Origin: Cyanophora paradoxa CCMP329
Taxonomy: Eukaryota > Plantae > Glaucophyta
Direction of reading: 5' to 3'
Length of the DNA: 64,000 nt
Assembly: GCA_004431415.1 (NCBI GenBank)
Contig: QPMI01000098.1
Location: forward strand, 116,890-180,889
Part shown: piece after piece, positions 20,009-31,000 of the stretch
Layout: the number at the start of each line of letters is the position of its first letter
How positions within the stretch are numbered: position 1 is the first letter of the stretch
The notes under the pieces: generated by a model
What the model was told of the DNA's origin: nothing
Databases searched by the model: none
Seen by the model: the letters and a program-made list of their open reading frames with translations, nothing else
Made by a program: the position numbers and the translations under genes

Positions 20009-20920
20009 TCAAAATTTACCCAATTTCTTTGCAAATTTTGGGCGGCGCTTTTCTTGGTATGCCAGCAATAGATTGGGGTCTTTAAGTAGGTCGGCTTCGA
20101 TTATTCGTTTGGTGGATCGCTTTAAGGTTGCGACGTTTCCACTCACAGGCTTCGTAATATCGGTGGTTTGGGGTTGGTCACCATTTACCGCGCCCGACGT
20201 CGGTTTTACCGGCTGTTTACCAGCGGTCTTTATGTCGTCCGCCGCTTTTTTAAAGAAGCGCTTGAATTTATATTCGTCGGGCACCGGATCAGCCTTGCCA
20301 ACAGAGAATTCCAGGCTATATTTCGCATTGTTTACCACGATCACCTGATAGCTGTGACTGTATTCGGTCATCACCTTCTCGAACCACCGCTTTTCGTATG
20401 GATTAAACTCGTCCTCGGCGCTCTCCATCTCCTTTCTATTCGGCAATGAGAACAGGAATATATATTCGGCGTTTACTCTGAGTGTCGGCGAGATCTTCGT
20501 GAGTTTCTGTGACAAAATCCACACGGACACAAACAGATGGCGTCCAGCCGTGAAAAGACGATTTAATATAGGCTCACCCTTTCCTGACATCGATAGACTC
20601 GGATTATCAATAAAATCGTCCAGCACAATTAACAGGTTACCGACTTTCTCATTTTTCTTGATCCTCTCCTTGCGTTTCTCTATTATATTGTCGATCAGCT
20701 TATGGTCGAAATCCTCATACAGATACGATGTGACATTGTCGTATTGATGATTCCAGATCGTGGAGGCGAATATCATCACCGAATCTATCTTGTCCTCATT
20801 GTGGTAAAGCAGGTATTTCAAAAACACTGACTTCCCAGTTGCTGTTTTGCCCACAAAAACGGCTCGATTTGGGAAATCCAGGCTTCCCGGGTCAAACTCA
20901 CTCAGATCTTGTATATCCAT
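20009..20920 (-). CDS. A32-like (FtsK/HerA) DNA packaging ATPase
   Basis: Walker A VFVGKTATGKS, Walker B LIVLDD, GRH..VSVWILSQ, R.NAEY; likely ATG at 20920. Confidence 0.95.
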   Translation of the reverse strand: MDIQDLSEFDPGSLDFPNRAVFVGKTATGKSVFLKYLLYHNEDKIDSVMIFASTIWNHQYDNVTSYLYEDFDHKLIDNIIEKRKERIKKNEKVGNLLIVLDDFIDNPSLSMSGKGEPILNRLFTAGRHLFVSVWILSQKLTKISPTLRVNAEYIFLFSLPNRKEMESAEDEFNPYEKRWFEKVMTEYSHSYQVIVVNNAKYSLEFSVGKADPVPDEYKFKRFFKKAADDIKTAGKQPVKPTSGAVNGDQPQTTDITKPVSGNVATLKRSTKRIIEADLLKDPNLLLAYQEKRRPKFAKKLGKF

Positions 20921-20971
20921 TTCCCTTATAAGAAACATATAAAAATTACGAAACGCCACAGCCCTCATTCC

Positions 20972-22420
20972 TCATGCCGATATTCTACTGAGACCGTTGG
21001 CATTCATTACAAGGATATTGTGGCAGTAAGCCGAAATCTGAACACTGACCTTCGACCAGGTGGCGAGGGGTGTGCCATTGGGTGTGAGGATTAGGAAGCT
21101 CGACGCTGATTGCGTTAGATCGACGTAGCCAGTCGCCTTCTCACCTTTGAGCGCCGCTTTACCATCGAGAGCAAAGCAGAAGCCAGTGTAAATGGGGCGC
21201 TTGTTGCTATCGATCCAGTTAGTCATCTTGAATTTATCGGCGAGCTCCATAGCCGCGGATTGCAGCGGGACACCAGTGTTGGAATATAGGTAATTGTTGT
21301 TATTTAGAACTTGCATCACGACATTATCATCGAACGCAAGGGTGCGGACAGTAGAGTGCCCTCCTTTATTATCGCCGAGTGTGTTTTCGTCGCGAACCTT
21401 GACAACAAGTGCGTAAACAAGTCCCGAAATTTGAGATAGTGACAGGCGGAGACCAGAGCCGAGAGCAAGACCGGTATAATCCGCAAACTGAATATCAGTG
21501 TAGGGGATGGCGATGCCAGAGGTCTTAACACGAGTAATGATTTCGCCCATCGTTTCCTCATCGATGTTAACAGCATCCATAATAATACGAGGGGTCGTCA
21601 TTTCCAGATTCGCAAGAGCAGGTGTAGGTGTGAGAGCCGCACTATCGAAAATCGCAGTGGCATTAGGGTGAGCTAAGGTCTTAATATTTCCGAAAGCAGC
21701 CGCAACAGCAAGCGTCGTCTCGCCATCAGTAGAATTGGCAGCAGTAATTGCAGTCGTGTTATTCTGAGCGTAAACGCCAGGAACCGCCGCAGTTTCGAGC
21801 AGCGCAGGGGTTTGGAAATATACTTCGACCGCGATTTCGGATGGGAGCGCACCGATGGGCACGCCAGCATCGAGGAAGCTCGGAATTCGCATGGTAAAAA
21901 TGCCGCCAGCTTGGTTGCCGCCCTCTACCTTCGGTCCGAGATGTAGCCCATGCTTGCGCTTCTTTTGCTCGAATTCAGCCGGAGAGTTAGCGAGGAAGGC
22001 GTAATCTACCAGTCGCTCAGCGGGAATAATTTGCTCATACGACCCGTATTTAATGCTGACTCGCTGAACAAACGATCCAGGAAGCCCGCGGACGAATCCA
22101 GTATTGAATAGATCAGCCGAGCAGTCAGCAGAGGTCTTGGCGATGGCAGTCAGCGCCTTCGCCGATGGAATGGTAACTTGGAGGCTAATACCATTGCACC
22201 AATTGTAGCGAGGGAGATAGAAGACCACACGAGTGGTAGCACCAGTAGAGGAGAACAGATTGCCGGGATCCGCAATTGGGAGCACCTCAACACGAGAAGG
22301 CTTGAATTGTTTATCAACGCCCACAATAAATCCGCGATCCAAAAGCATGCTCTTGTAATCCTCCGGGGTTTCCAGGACGGATTTGAGCGTGAGGCGGGAA
22401 AGCGAGGTCGTGGGATCCAT
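20972..22420 (-). CDS. Major capsid protein (double jelly-roll, PLV type)
   Basis: 482 aa and beta-rich; lies between the ATPase and pentons; FVQRVSIKYG..EQII, IPSFL..GVPIGAL..I.VEVYF and C-terminal ISAYCHNILVM fit the DJR-MCP pattern. Confidence 0.78.
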   Translation of the reverse strand: MDPTTSLSRLTLKSVLETPEDYKSMLLDRGFIVGVDKQFKPSRVEVLPIADPGNLFSSTGATTRVVFYLPRYNWCNGISLQVTIPSAKALTAIAKTSADCSADLFNTGFVRGLPGSFVQRVSIKYGSYEQIIPAERLVDYAFLANSPAEFEQKKRKHGLHLGPKVEGGNQAGGIFTMRIPSFLDAGVPIGALPSEIAVEVYFQTPALLETAAVPGVYAQNNTTAITAANSTDGETTLAVAAAFGNIKTLAHPNATAIFDSAALTPTPALANLEMTTPRIIMDAVNIDEETMGEIITRVKTSGIAIPYTDIQFADYTGLALGSGLRLSLSQISGLVYALVVKVRDENTLGDNKGGHSTVRTLAFDDNVVMQVLNNNNYLYSNTGVPLQSAAMELADKFKMTNWIDSNKRPIYTGFCFALDGKAALKGEKATGYVDLTQSASSFLILTPNGTPLATWSKVSVQISAYCHNILVMNANGLSRISA

Positions 22421-22452
22421 ATTTCGTTTTATCTTCCGTTGAGAAATTAATT

Positions 22453-23739
22453 TTAGAAGAACGGATTATTTTTTACAGCCACCCCACTCAACGCATTCGT
22501 TAAATTTCCGCAATGAGGGTAGTCCTCATATAGCATTTTCGCGAATCCCTTATTAACAATGCGCTGTAAATCGTCGTCGGGCTCATCCACTCCCATAGTA
22601 ATTTCCAAAATGAATGTGTGCTCGCAGCTTCCGAGGAAATACCTATAACCGCTCTCCGTGAGAATTTGAACGGTTAAACTATCAAAGGAGAGGCGGGTGT
22701 TAAAGTATTTCGTGAAAGCATCCGCCCCATAATTAATTAGCTCAGCATCAGCATAGGCTGTGCCTTTCGAAATCGGGATCTTAGCGAGGAATCCATTAGT
22801 AGCCTCGGTGCATGTCGTAAAAAGCGAGCAGTCCGGCTCTGTGATCTTTAAAACTATTGCATTATCCGGTGTATAATCAGGGGCAGTGCCTCCGGCTATG
22901 CCTAAGACCAGAGCCGTCGAATTATAATTGCGGAATGCATCACCAGCTGAGTAAACGACACCACTCCCAGCAAAGGCTGTATAGCCCGATCCGTTGTATT
23001 GATCTATCACTATATTCTCTCTGATCGATGTAAACCCAAGAAGAGTCATCGTGCGATAGGCGAGCACCTTTCTCTCATTCGCAGTAGACCCAGTGGCATT
23101 ACTCGGTCCATATTTCGTGAAAGCTATGTAGACATAATCACTCGAATAAAAGCATATGGCATTTAATGTGCTCTCAAAACGACATCTCACCACCGGGTAA
23201 AAGGTTCCCCCTGTCGATGCGTAGCTTGGATTAATTTTTGTGTCGATCATATCCTTGATGTAGTTGCCAGTTCCATTTTTCGTTAAGATGTTATCGATTG
23301 CAGTGGCAAGGTCGGTTCCAGTCGAGTATGTGCCAGGAGGGATCGTAATTGCTACGTCTCTGTATCGGGTATATCTTCTGAAAGTGTTTAGGTAATCAGG
23401 CGGTATATAGTTGCCTTGGTCGCCGAAATCTATCGCTTTGTATGCTTCGTATATTGCAGTTGCTTGCGAGTCTCTGATTTCCTGAGTGGCACCATTCAGC
23501 TGACCGCTCGAAAATCGGTAAGGAAATGATATGAAAATCGTATTAGCATCCTCGGCTTTCGTTTCCCCGATTTCAGTATAGAATTGAGGGCTTGGAACCG
23601 TCGGAATCGTGTTGGAAAATTCGATCTGTCGCACAGCGATGCTCTTCACATTGTGGTATTGCTTTGGAAGGGTCACCTTATAGGAATGAGCCGAGCCCTC
23701 TGATCGATCACGGCTACTGATGCTGAGATACTCGCGCAT
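22453..23739 (-). CDS. Minor capsid protein (penton) 1
   Basis: YLSISSRDR, YKVTLPKQYHNVKSIAV..IEFSNT, IPPGTYS, LAKIPI, LTVQI, EHTFILEI; ATG at 23739. Confidence 0.82.
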   Translation of the reverse strand: MREYLSISSRDRSEGSAHSYKVTLPKQYHNVKSIAVRQIEFSNTIPTVPSPQFYTEIGETKAEDANTIFISFPYRFSSGQLNGATQEIRDSQATAIYEAYKAIDFGDQGNYIPPDYLNTFRRYTRYRDVAITIPPGTYSTGTDLATAIDNILTKNGTGNYIKDMIDTKINPSYASTGGTFYPVVRCRFESTLNAICFYSSDYVYIAFTKYGPSNATGSTANERKVLAYRTMTLLGFTSIRENIVIDQYNGSGYTAFAGSGVVYSAGDAFRNYNSTALVLGIAGGTAPDYTPDNAIVLKITEPDCSLFTTCTEATNGFLAKIPISKGTAYADAELINYGADAFTKYFNTRLSFDSLTVQILTESGYRYFLGSCEHTFILEITMGVDEPDDDLQRIVNKGFAKMLYEDYPHCGNLTNALSGVAVKNNPFF

Positions 23740-23766
23740 TTTATTCTTTATTAATAGGAAATAAAA
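23740..23766. promoter_or_regulatory. 27-bp quasi-palindromic bidirectional promoter region between the two penton ATGs
   Basis: CAT-TTTATTCTTTATTAATAGGAAATAAAA-ATG. Confidence 0.55.
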
Positions 23767-24741
23767 ATGATTCGGAAGCCAGTTAACGATTTCTATAATG
23801 GCAAGTTTACGAGGGTCAATGTTAATATCGATTCTATTGAGCGCAGTGCAGGGCACCCGGGAGAATATACAGTTAAGCTTTCCCAGCGGCTTCTAAACGT
23901 AAAAGGGGTGCGCATTGCGAGTGCCGAGCTCCCGAACACGATTTATGCTGTCACCGATAATTCCAGAGGCGTGACCATACAGGGAATGACGAACAGCATC
24001 ACCTTTTCCCCTTTCCCTGATATAGGAAACTACACCCCAGCGGTTTGGGGATATGGTAATAAGAACTTAGGCTATTCGGGCAGCTTTGTCGATGTAAACC
24101 CTCTCACAAGCGAAAGCGTGACAGTATACTACAAGTGGCTCTATAATCCAGCGACTATGAAAATTACGTTTTATTCGAGCATTCCCCTCACACTGAGCTG
24201 TGCACATGACGACTTTGCAAGGTTCCATGGAATGATCAAAGGGGATATGTATCAAACAATTCCAGTTGGTGAGGGTTCAGAGCATCTCACGGTAGACTAT
24301 TTACCCCTCACACCCAGCAATCCAAAATACTCATTTCTACAAGCCTATGAGGGCAAAACAAAATACCCCGCCGGAATATCTGTGCTTCCATTCCCTCTCG
24401 AACATGCAGTGACTTTCCCGAATGCGATTAATCTAAATCCGACCCCCTATGTTTACCTACAAATTAAAGAGTTTACGCCCTTTTACGACAGGTATATGGT
24501 GGCAGCAAAGACAGATGAGGGCGGAAATGCAAACCTCGCTAAGATCCCACTAACCAGCCCCTTGGGATCGTTTGTTTACTACCTGACATTCCGCAGAATC
24601 GATACTGTGGAGTTCTTTAATTCCCACGATCAGGCTTATGACATAGACACCCTCACAATTAAATGGCTCGACGCCTACAATAATGTAGTCAACTTTAATG
24701 GCGTTAATCACAGCTTTATATTAGAGGTGCTATCGGGTTAA
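23767..24741 (+). CDS. Minor capsid protein (penton) 2
   Basis: VNIDSIER, YTVKL...LLNVKGVRIASAELPNT, YVYLQI, LAKIPL, LTIKWLD...VNFNGVNHSFILEV. Confidence 0.85.
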   Translation: MIRKPVNDFYNGKFTRVNVNIDSIERSAGHPGEYTVKLSQRLLNVKGVRIASAELPNTIYAVTDNSRGVTIQGMTNSITFSPFPDIGNYTPAVWGYGNKNLGYSGSFVDVNPLTSESVTVYYKWLYNPATMKITFYSSIPLTLSCAHDDFARFHGMIKGDMYQTIPVGEGSEHLTVDYLPLTPSNPKYSFLQAYEGKTKYPAGISVLPFPLEHAVTFPNAINLNPTPYVYLQIKEFTPFYDRYMVAAKTDEGGNANLAKIPLTSPLGSFVYYLTFRRIDTVEFFNSHDQAYDIDTLTIKWLDAYNNVVNFNGVNHSFILEVLSG

Positions 24742-24759
24742 AATAATCTTATATTACAA

Positions 24760-25956
24760 ATGAGTATCACGAATCTCCCCTTTATCACTCGGGAAACCTT
24801 GTATTTGGATGACGGTTTCGAGCTCAGCAGTAACATTACCGCTTCCAATGTGACCATATCTTCGAACCTTGTGGTAAAGGACTTCCTATTAAATCAGAGC
24901 AACCTCGAATATATTGATATCACCAGCAATCTCCCATTTACCTATGGCACTGATAACTCAGCCCTCGTAATATATCATGGGGGCTCGCCTGTTGCATTCT
25001 TTGGCAGCAATTTCCCCACAGTGCGAACCTTTCAGCACGAAATCAATAAAGCCCGCCCCATCCCACTGACAGCTGTCGTCGAATGGGATCCTGTTAAATA
25101 TTCGCAGAGAATCACAAGCAATATCACCCTCACTCGACCGCATTTAATTGATGTCATGGGGGTCGACCTTGTTAAGGAGTTTTATAGCGAACGATTTACC
25201 AGAAACGAGCGAGATGTAGCCCAGGATCTCGAAATCTCGGGTTTATCAATTGCTACCGCAGCAAACACGGCAGGGCTCGCTGTTTTAACAGGGGCTATCA
25301 CCATCACTGATGCGATCATGTATTTATCCCGCGATTTGGTGCCTTTGCTCGATCATCAGTTTAATCTCGGGCAATCTAACACTGATGCTGTTAAGAAATG
25401 GCTCAATGTGTATGCCTATGATGGGTGGTTTGATGACTTGCACACGACTAACCTTTATAGCACGACCTCAAAAACAAGTAATATAATCCTTCCATTTAAT
25501 CACTCAGTCCGACCCAGTGATTTACCCACTGATGAGAGAGCTCTGATCAGCTACAACGACTTTAATAGCAACCTTGCCCGCTCAGTTTCGCGAACTGAGA
25601 CCTACACTGTCGAGGGATACCCGCAGAAATTCGCAGGTCTTGAAGTCTATGTGGTGTATGCTGATAGCCCGACCTACACATTTACATGGGGTCAATTGGG
25701 TGTCACAGGTTTCGAGATTTTACCTACGGTTACCTTGGTCGATCATACAGTTTACTATAATCAAATTACTTTCACTGATGAATATAACAAGGCATATGTC
25801 CATAATATCACCTCCACAGGGTTTCAGGTTTCGTTCCAATATGTTGGAACAAATACTCTCATTATCCGAAACAACTCGCTAAACAGCATAGCTAATGTGA
25901 GCTTCACTCTCACTATCAATTATGTCACCCCTATATTTGATAGCAAGCCAGAGTAA
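24760..25956 (+). CDS. Fibre/spike-like structural protein, N-terminal part (probably continues into 26100-27998 through a 1-bp frameshift)
   Basis: SN-rich beta repeats, LVP...FNLG...KW.NVY fibre motif, lectin-like HNITSTGF. Confidence 0.65.
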   Translation: MSITNLPFITRETLYLDDGFELSSNITASNVTISSNLVVKDFLLNQSNLEYIDITSNLPFTYGTDNSALVIYHGGSPVAFFGSNFPTVRTFQHEINKARPIPLTAVVEWDPVKYSQRITSNITLTRPHLIDVMGVDLVKEFYSERFTRNERDVAQDLEISGLSIATAANTAGLAVLTGAITITDAIMYLSRDLVPLLDHQFNLGQSNTDAVKKWLNVYAYDGWFDDLHTTNLYSTTSKTSNIILPFNHSVRPSDLPTDERALISYNDFNSNLARSVSRTETYTVEGYPQKFAGLEVYVVYADSPTYTFTWGQLGVTGFEILPTVTLVDHTVYYNQITFTDEYNKAYVHNITSTGFQVSFQYVGTNTLIIRNNSLNSIANVSFTLTINYVTPIFDSKPE

Positions 25957-26099
25957 AGGTTTACCGAGATTTACAGGTAAATAATGTCGTCCCCTTCCCA
26001 GCTTCCAATATACAGATAGGCGAACCCACAAACCCCTTCAAACGAGAATATCTTAAAGAGCTCTATATAACAAAGTCCGATTTCGCAGATGCTGTCGCT

Positions 26100-27998
26100 T
26101 TGGTAAACTCCCCGACACCCAGTATATCATACCACAATATCAAAGCGTTTACCCCTATGACTCAGACAGGTAGCAGGTCGTTCCCGAGCTCAGAATTATT
26201 AAGTATGGTAAATGGCTACTATTATAGATATACTCCGTCAGAGTCGATTAGTATACCTATTACCTTCACATCGACATATAATGCCCCACCAATTGTTACC
26301 ATAGTAGATACCAATCGATATTTCGCCCAGCCCACAGGAGGCATAACACCAGCACCCAAATATACTACCGTTTTTCGAGCAGAGAATGTCACCACCACAG
26401 GCTTTAATCTTGTAGCCGATCCTACGATTCATACTTATATCAATGGCTACCCAGTCGGTGTCTACTTCTATACATATAATGCCACCACAGCGAAATTCGA
26501 ATATCCCCCATACACAGTAGGGTGGTCAGCTGTGGGTCAGACTCCCCAGTATGATGATACTGATAGATTAAAAATAAAGTATCCACTCGATGTGACCGAC
26601 CTATATACTACAAGGATCAATGGGCAGAATTTTGTGTTTAATGGAACCAATGCGACTGTGATCGATAACAGAGTCACAAATAATTACTTTTTCGATTCTC
26701 GATATATTAATACTTGTAACATTGTCATACAGAACACGTTTGAAAATCGCAGTAAGACCTTAACAGTCACCTTGCCCACTCACTCGAATGTCTCAGATGG
26801 ATTCCACTATTACCTGTTCAATCGCAATTACACCTCGTATATTCCATATCCCTCTGAGACTGTGGACATGAGCTATCCCAGAGTCACCCTAACATCGACC
26901 AATGCTCACTTCTTTGGATCCACGGACTTTATGACCTTCTTTACTTTCACATCGTCCACAGATGGACTCTTAGTTTATTACACTTTCAGGTATGATGCTG
27001 TTTGGACTCAGCTTGACAGCCACCCAAATACAGATGTAATCGAAGTGGGCGATAAGAAATATATAAAAACCGCTTCCCCATGGGTGTGCACTGTCCGGCT
27101 CGATGACAGATACACTCCTAACCTAAATAACATTGGATTGCACTCGACATGCAATATTTATGTGCAAGGTGCGATTTCGGCTACCAAATATTTTGAGGGT
27201 GGAAATTGTGATACAGGACATAGGTTGCTATCGCGAAATGGACTCTTTGAGTCATTCAGTGGGACGGCTCTACCGCCCTTTATCAGGGACACAGTCTATG
27301 ATACCACATGCAATATTTGGGTGTGTCGATCTGTGAGTAATCCGCCTGTGACACAGGAATTGTATAAATATCTGTCAGATACCTATGGTGCAATCACAGG
27401 GTCTTCCACAGGAAATCCAGCGACGGCTCCCATCGTGTTTGCAAATGCATACACAGCGCCGACATCATTAGCAGGGTCGACAGAGCCGCCACCAAACGAT
27501 CCCAATCCGAACCAGCCTAACCCAGATCCCGATTCAAAAGATCCCCCTACAACTGATCCAGATCCAAACACACCACCTAATAATCCCACAAATCCTACTA
27601 ATCCAGTCGGAGCACCGGGAACTGATCCAGGAACGTTAGTGCTTATGATTCTCTTGCCTATTCTTGGTGCTCTTGGGCTTGTGCTTGCATACAAATTCCG
27701 AGCTTTATGTTGTGCTTGCATAGACAGAACCATTGCAGGAGCAGGTAATAAATACTCAACACCTGAACTGAATGTGACCCAAACAGCCGAAGGAGATGTG
27801 GGGTTAGAGGTGAGGTCAGCCGAGGGGCATGGTCTTAGTGTAGTGAGAACTGATCAACCACCAGCAAGTAGGGCAGCACCCAAAAAATCGCGAGCAGAAC
27901 GAATGGCTGAATCAATAATAAAAGATAATGCAGACTTTATGGCGGAAATGGCACAGCGAGAAGGGAGAATATATGAACATGTTCCAAATGTTATGTAG
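26100..27998 (+). CDS. Fibre-like protein, C-terminal part, with P/N/D-rich stalk and a transmembrane helix
   Basis: The frame is open from 25944 but has no ATG there; ITFTSTYNAPPIV/ENVTTTGF lectin-like module; PNDPNPNQPNPDPD linker; LVLMILLPILGALGLVLAY followed by KFRALCCAC. Confidence 0.7.
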   Translation: MVNSPTPSISYHNIKAFTPMTQTGSRSFPSSELLSMVNGYYYRYTPSESISIPITFTSTYNAPPIVTIVDTNRYFAQPTGGITPAPKYTTVFRAENVTTTGFNLVADPTIHTYINGYPVGVYFYTYNATTAKFEYPPYTVGWSAVGQTPQYDDTDRLKIKYPLDVTDLYTTRINGQNFVFNGTNATVIDNRVTNNYFFDSRYINTCNIVIQNTFENRSKTLTVTLPTHSNVSDGFHYYLFNRNYTSYIPYPSETVDMSYPRVTLTSTNAHFFGSTDFMTFFTFTSSTDGLLVYYTFRYDAVWTQLDSHPNTDVIEVGDKKYIKTASPWVCTVRLDDRYTPNLNNIGLHSTCNIYVQGAISATKYFEGGNCDTGHRLLSRNGLFESFSGTALPPFIRDTVYDTTCNIWVCRSVSNPPVTQELYKYLSDTYGAITGSSTGNPATAPIVFANAYTAPTSLAGSTEPPPNDPNPNQPNPDPDSKDPPTTDPDPNTPPNNPTNPTNPVGAPGTDPGTLVLMILLPILGALGLVLAYKFRALCCACIDRTIAGAGNKYSTPELNVTQTAEGDVGLEVRSAEGHGLSVVRTDQPPASRAAPKKSRAERMAESIIKDNADFMAEMAQREGRIYEHVPNVM

Positions 27999-28036
27999 CG
28001 ACCCTAATTTTTGTATTATGCCATAATAGAGAAATA

Positions 28037-31000
28037 ATGACGGAACCCATAGTAGAAACGACAGTAAAGAATGCTGTATTGGATAATCAATTTTATATAA
28101 CCCATGCCAATATACCCAGTGAATCCAATGACCTAATTGTTAATCTAAAAGGCTATGTGATGGGAGCTATGGCTTCTAACCTATGGAATGACCTTTTCGG
28201 TTACGAGTTTGGTCACATCTATGACATTGCAAATGGGATCGGCTATGTGGATGCGATGGCAGGCACAGCCTTTCGCAATTTAAATTGCAACTGTGTGGGT
28301 GGGTGGATGTTTCAGATCTGTTCAAATGTCGATCCTACTATCGATCCCGCCACTGTGACCTTTGATTGCAATCTGTTCGCCCCCAAAACGATTTTTTCCA
28401 TCACTTGCAATCTCGTTAATTCGGATGTGCCCATTGTGGCACCTATAATTGGGGCAAGTAACATATATATACAAAAAATGCCTGTGGCTACTCAAAACTT
28501 TGTTTCGTCTAACTACCTATCTCTTGTTGGTGGAACGATCACAAGCAATTTGAAAATAAATGAAAACCTTACAGTTACCAGTAACTTGCGAATTGGAGAC
28601 AAATATACAAACATTGATGTCTTCTATAACACACCCTATTACCCTGTTACTTCCAACACTGACCCTGCTACAACCATTCCGAAATGTCTATTAACTATCA
28701 GACCGGATGGGTTACCTGTTAATACCAACCCCTATAATCAGTTTATCGCAAATAGGGCAACATCAGCTGTTCCGTTCCTTTCAGGGATAACATTCCCATT
28801 TTGGGGAAGTAGTGGAACTGTTGCAGCTAATGCTGCATTGAACAACCGAAAAGTAGTAAGAAAGTCAGGTGGGTATACTGCGGCGGCATTCATAAACTAC
28901 TCTGTGACTGTTGATTGGTCAGAGGGCATGACACTGTTCTATGTAGGCAGTCACTATTCATTAACAAATTGGCAAACAATTCATTTAGATTTTGGTTCTC
29001 CTGATGGAACCCATAAAATAGCATTTGGGTATGGGTCATCTTTATCATTTGGCTTGTATTCATTTACGAGTAATGGGGTGAGTTACCCAGCTCCACGAGT
29101 TAATACTAACTATGCCTCACACTCAGCCAATTATTGGGACACCACCATAACTTCTAATGCTATAACCTTTGGTATTGGGGGACAAGATGTAGGAACATTT
29201 ACAGGAACAAATTACCTTCCCCCTTCCACTTTCAATCGAATGGGAGTCGATTATTTCATAGGTGATGTAGCCGAATACATCATTTTCAACAGAGCCTTGT
29301 CATTTGAGGAGAAGCAAAGGGTGAGATATTATATTCAGGATTATTACGGTTTTCCAAAAACGCAATCACTGTATTATCCTGACAATCTACGAATCGCTGC
29401 TGATTATGTTCACATTGAGAACATAATAGTTAGTTCAAACGCTACCATTCCAAACTACACTACATCCAATGTGGTGCAGGGTTGGTTGGCTCCAAAGGCT
29501 GATACAGTGACTGTGAATGCCCAGATAGCTCCTCTAACCTCCTCTAACACAGTTCAGGGATGGCTTGCTACTAAGGCTGATACAGCAACTGTGAATGCTC
29601 AAATAGCTCCTCTAACCTCTTCAAATACTGTTCAGGGATGGCTTGTCTCGAAGGTGAGTGCAGCTACATTAAACGAACTCTTGGCTCCTCTCACAAGTAG
29701 TAATGTTACATTAGGGTGGCTCAACAACTACTTGCCAAAATCAGGGGGAACAATAGATGGAAATCTTATTATAACAAGCAATCTTACCACAAGTAATTTG
29801 GATGTGCATGGAACAGTGAAATCAATAAACAGTAGCAACACAGGATCCGCTTGGATTGGTAGCAATCTTACAGTTACATGTAACCTGAATGTAAAGGGAA
29901 AGCTGAAAATAGGAGACGGAAATACAGAAATCGATGTCTACTATGATCCACCCTATTACCCCATTACTTCCAACACTGACCCTGCCAAAACCACACCGAA
30001 ATGCCTTCTAACAATGAGAATGGATGGGCTTCCTGTTAATACAAATCCTCAGTCACAGTTCATCCCCAATAGGGCGACATCAGCAGTTCCATTTATTTCA
30101 GGGATTACTTTCCCATTTTTCGGGAGCAGTGGTGCTGTCGTAGCAAACCCTTCATTCAACAACCAAAAAGTAGTAAGAAAGTCGGGTGGATATACTGCGT
30201 CAGCATTCATAAACTACTCTGTGACTGTTGATTGGTCAGAGGGCATGACACTGTTCTATGTAGGCAGTCACTACTCTGCACCAAATTGGCAAACAGTTCA
30301 TTTAGATTTTGCATCACCTGATGGAACCCATAAAATAGAGTTTGGCTATACAAACTCCTTATTATTTGGCTTGTATTCTTTTACGAGTAATGGAGTGGGT
30401 TACACAGCCCCACGAGTGAACACCAATTATGCTTCCCATTCAGCTAATTATTGGGACACCACCATAACTTCAAACAGCATAACCTTTGGAATCAGAGGAC
30501 AAGATGTAGGAACCTTTACAGGAACAAATTACCTTCCACCTTCAACTTTCAGTAGGATGGGTGTTAACTATTTCATAGGTGATATAGCCGAATACATCAT
30601 TTTCAACAGAGCATTGTCGTTTGAGGAGAAGCAAAGGGTGAGATACTATATTCAGGATTATTACGGCTTCCCAAAAACGCAATCGCTTTATTATCCCGAA
30701 AATCTGCGAATTGCTTCTGACTATGTCCAAATTAAAAATTTAATAGTAGGTTCAAACGCTATAATTCCAAACTACACTACATCCAATGTGGTGCAGGGAT
30801 GGATACAAAACCACACTCATGCTTGGTCGAATATCACAGATAGACCTTCAATATTCCCACCTGCAACCCATGAGCATACATGGGATGAGATCAATAACCA
30901 ACCTGAATTCTCAAAAGTCGAACCTGTGAATATGGGGGTTTCCCTTTATAAATCCTGCAATATTGCGGAAAGAACTATTTTGAATGAGCACTATGTTCAC

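Noticed and set aside
28580-30800. Duplicated fibre domain as a diversity-generating retroelement TR/VR pair
   Set aside because: Both copies are in-frame coding, the differences are not adenine-specific, and no reverse transcriptase is present.
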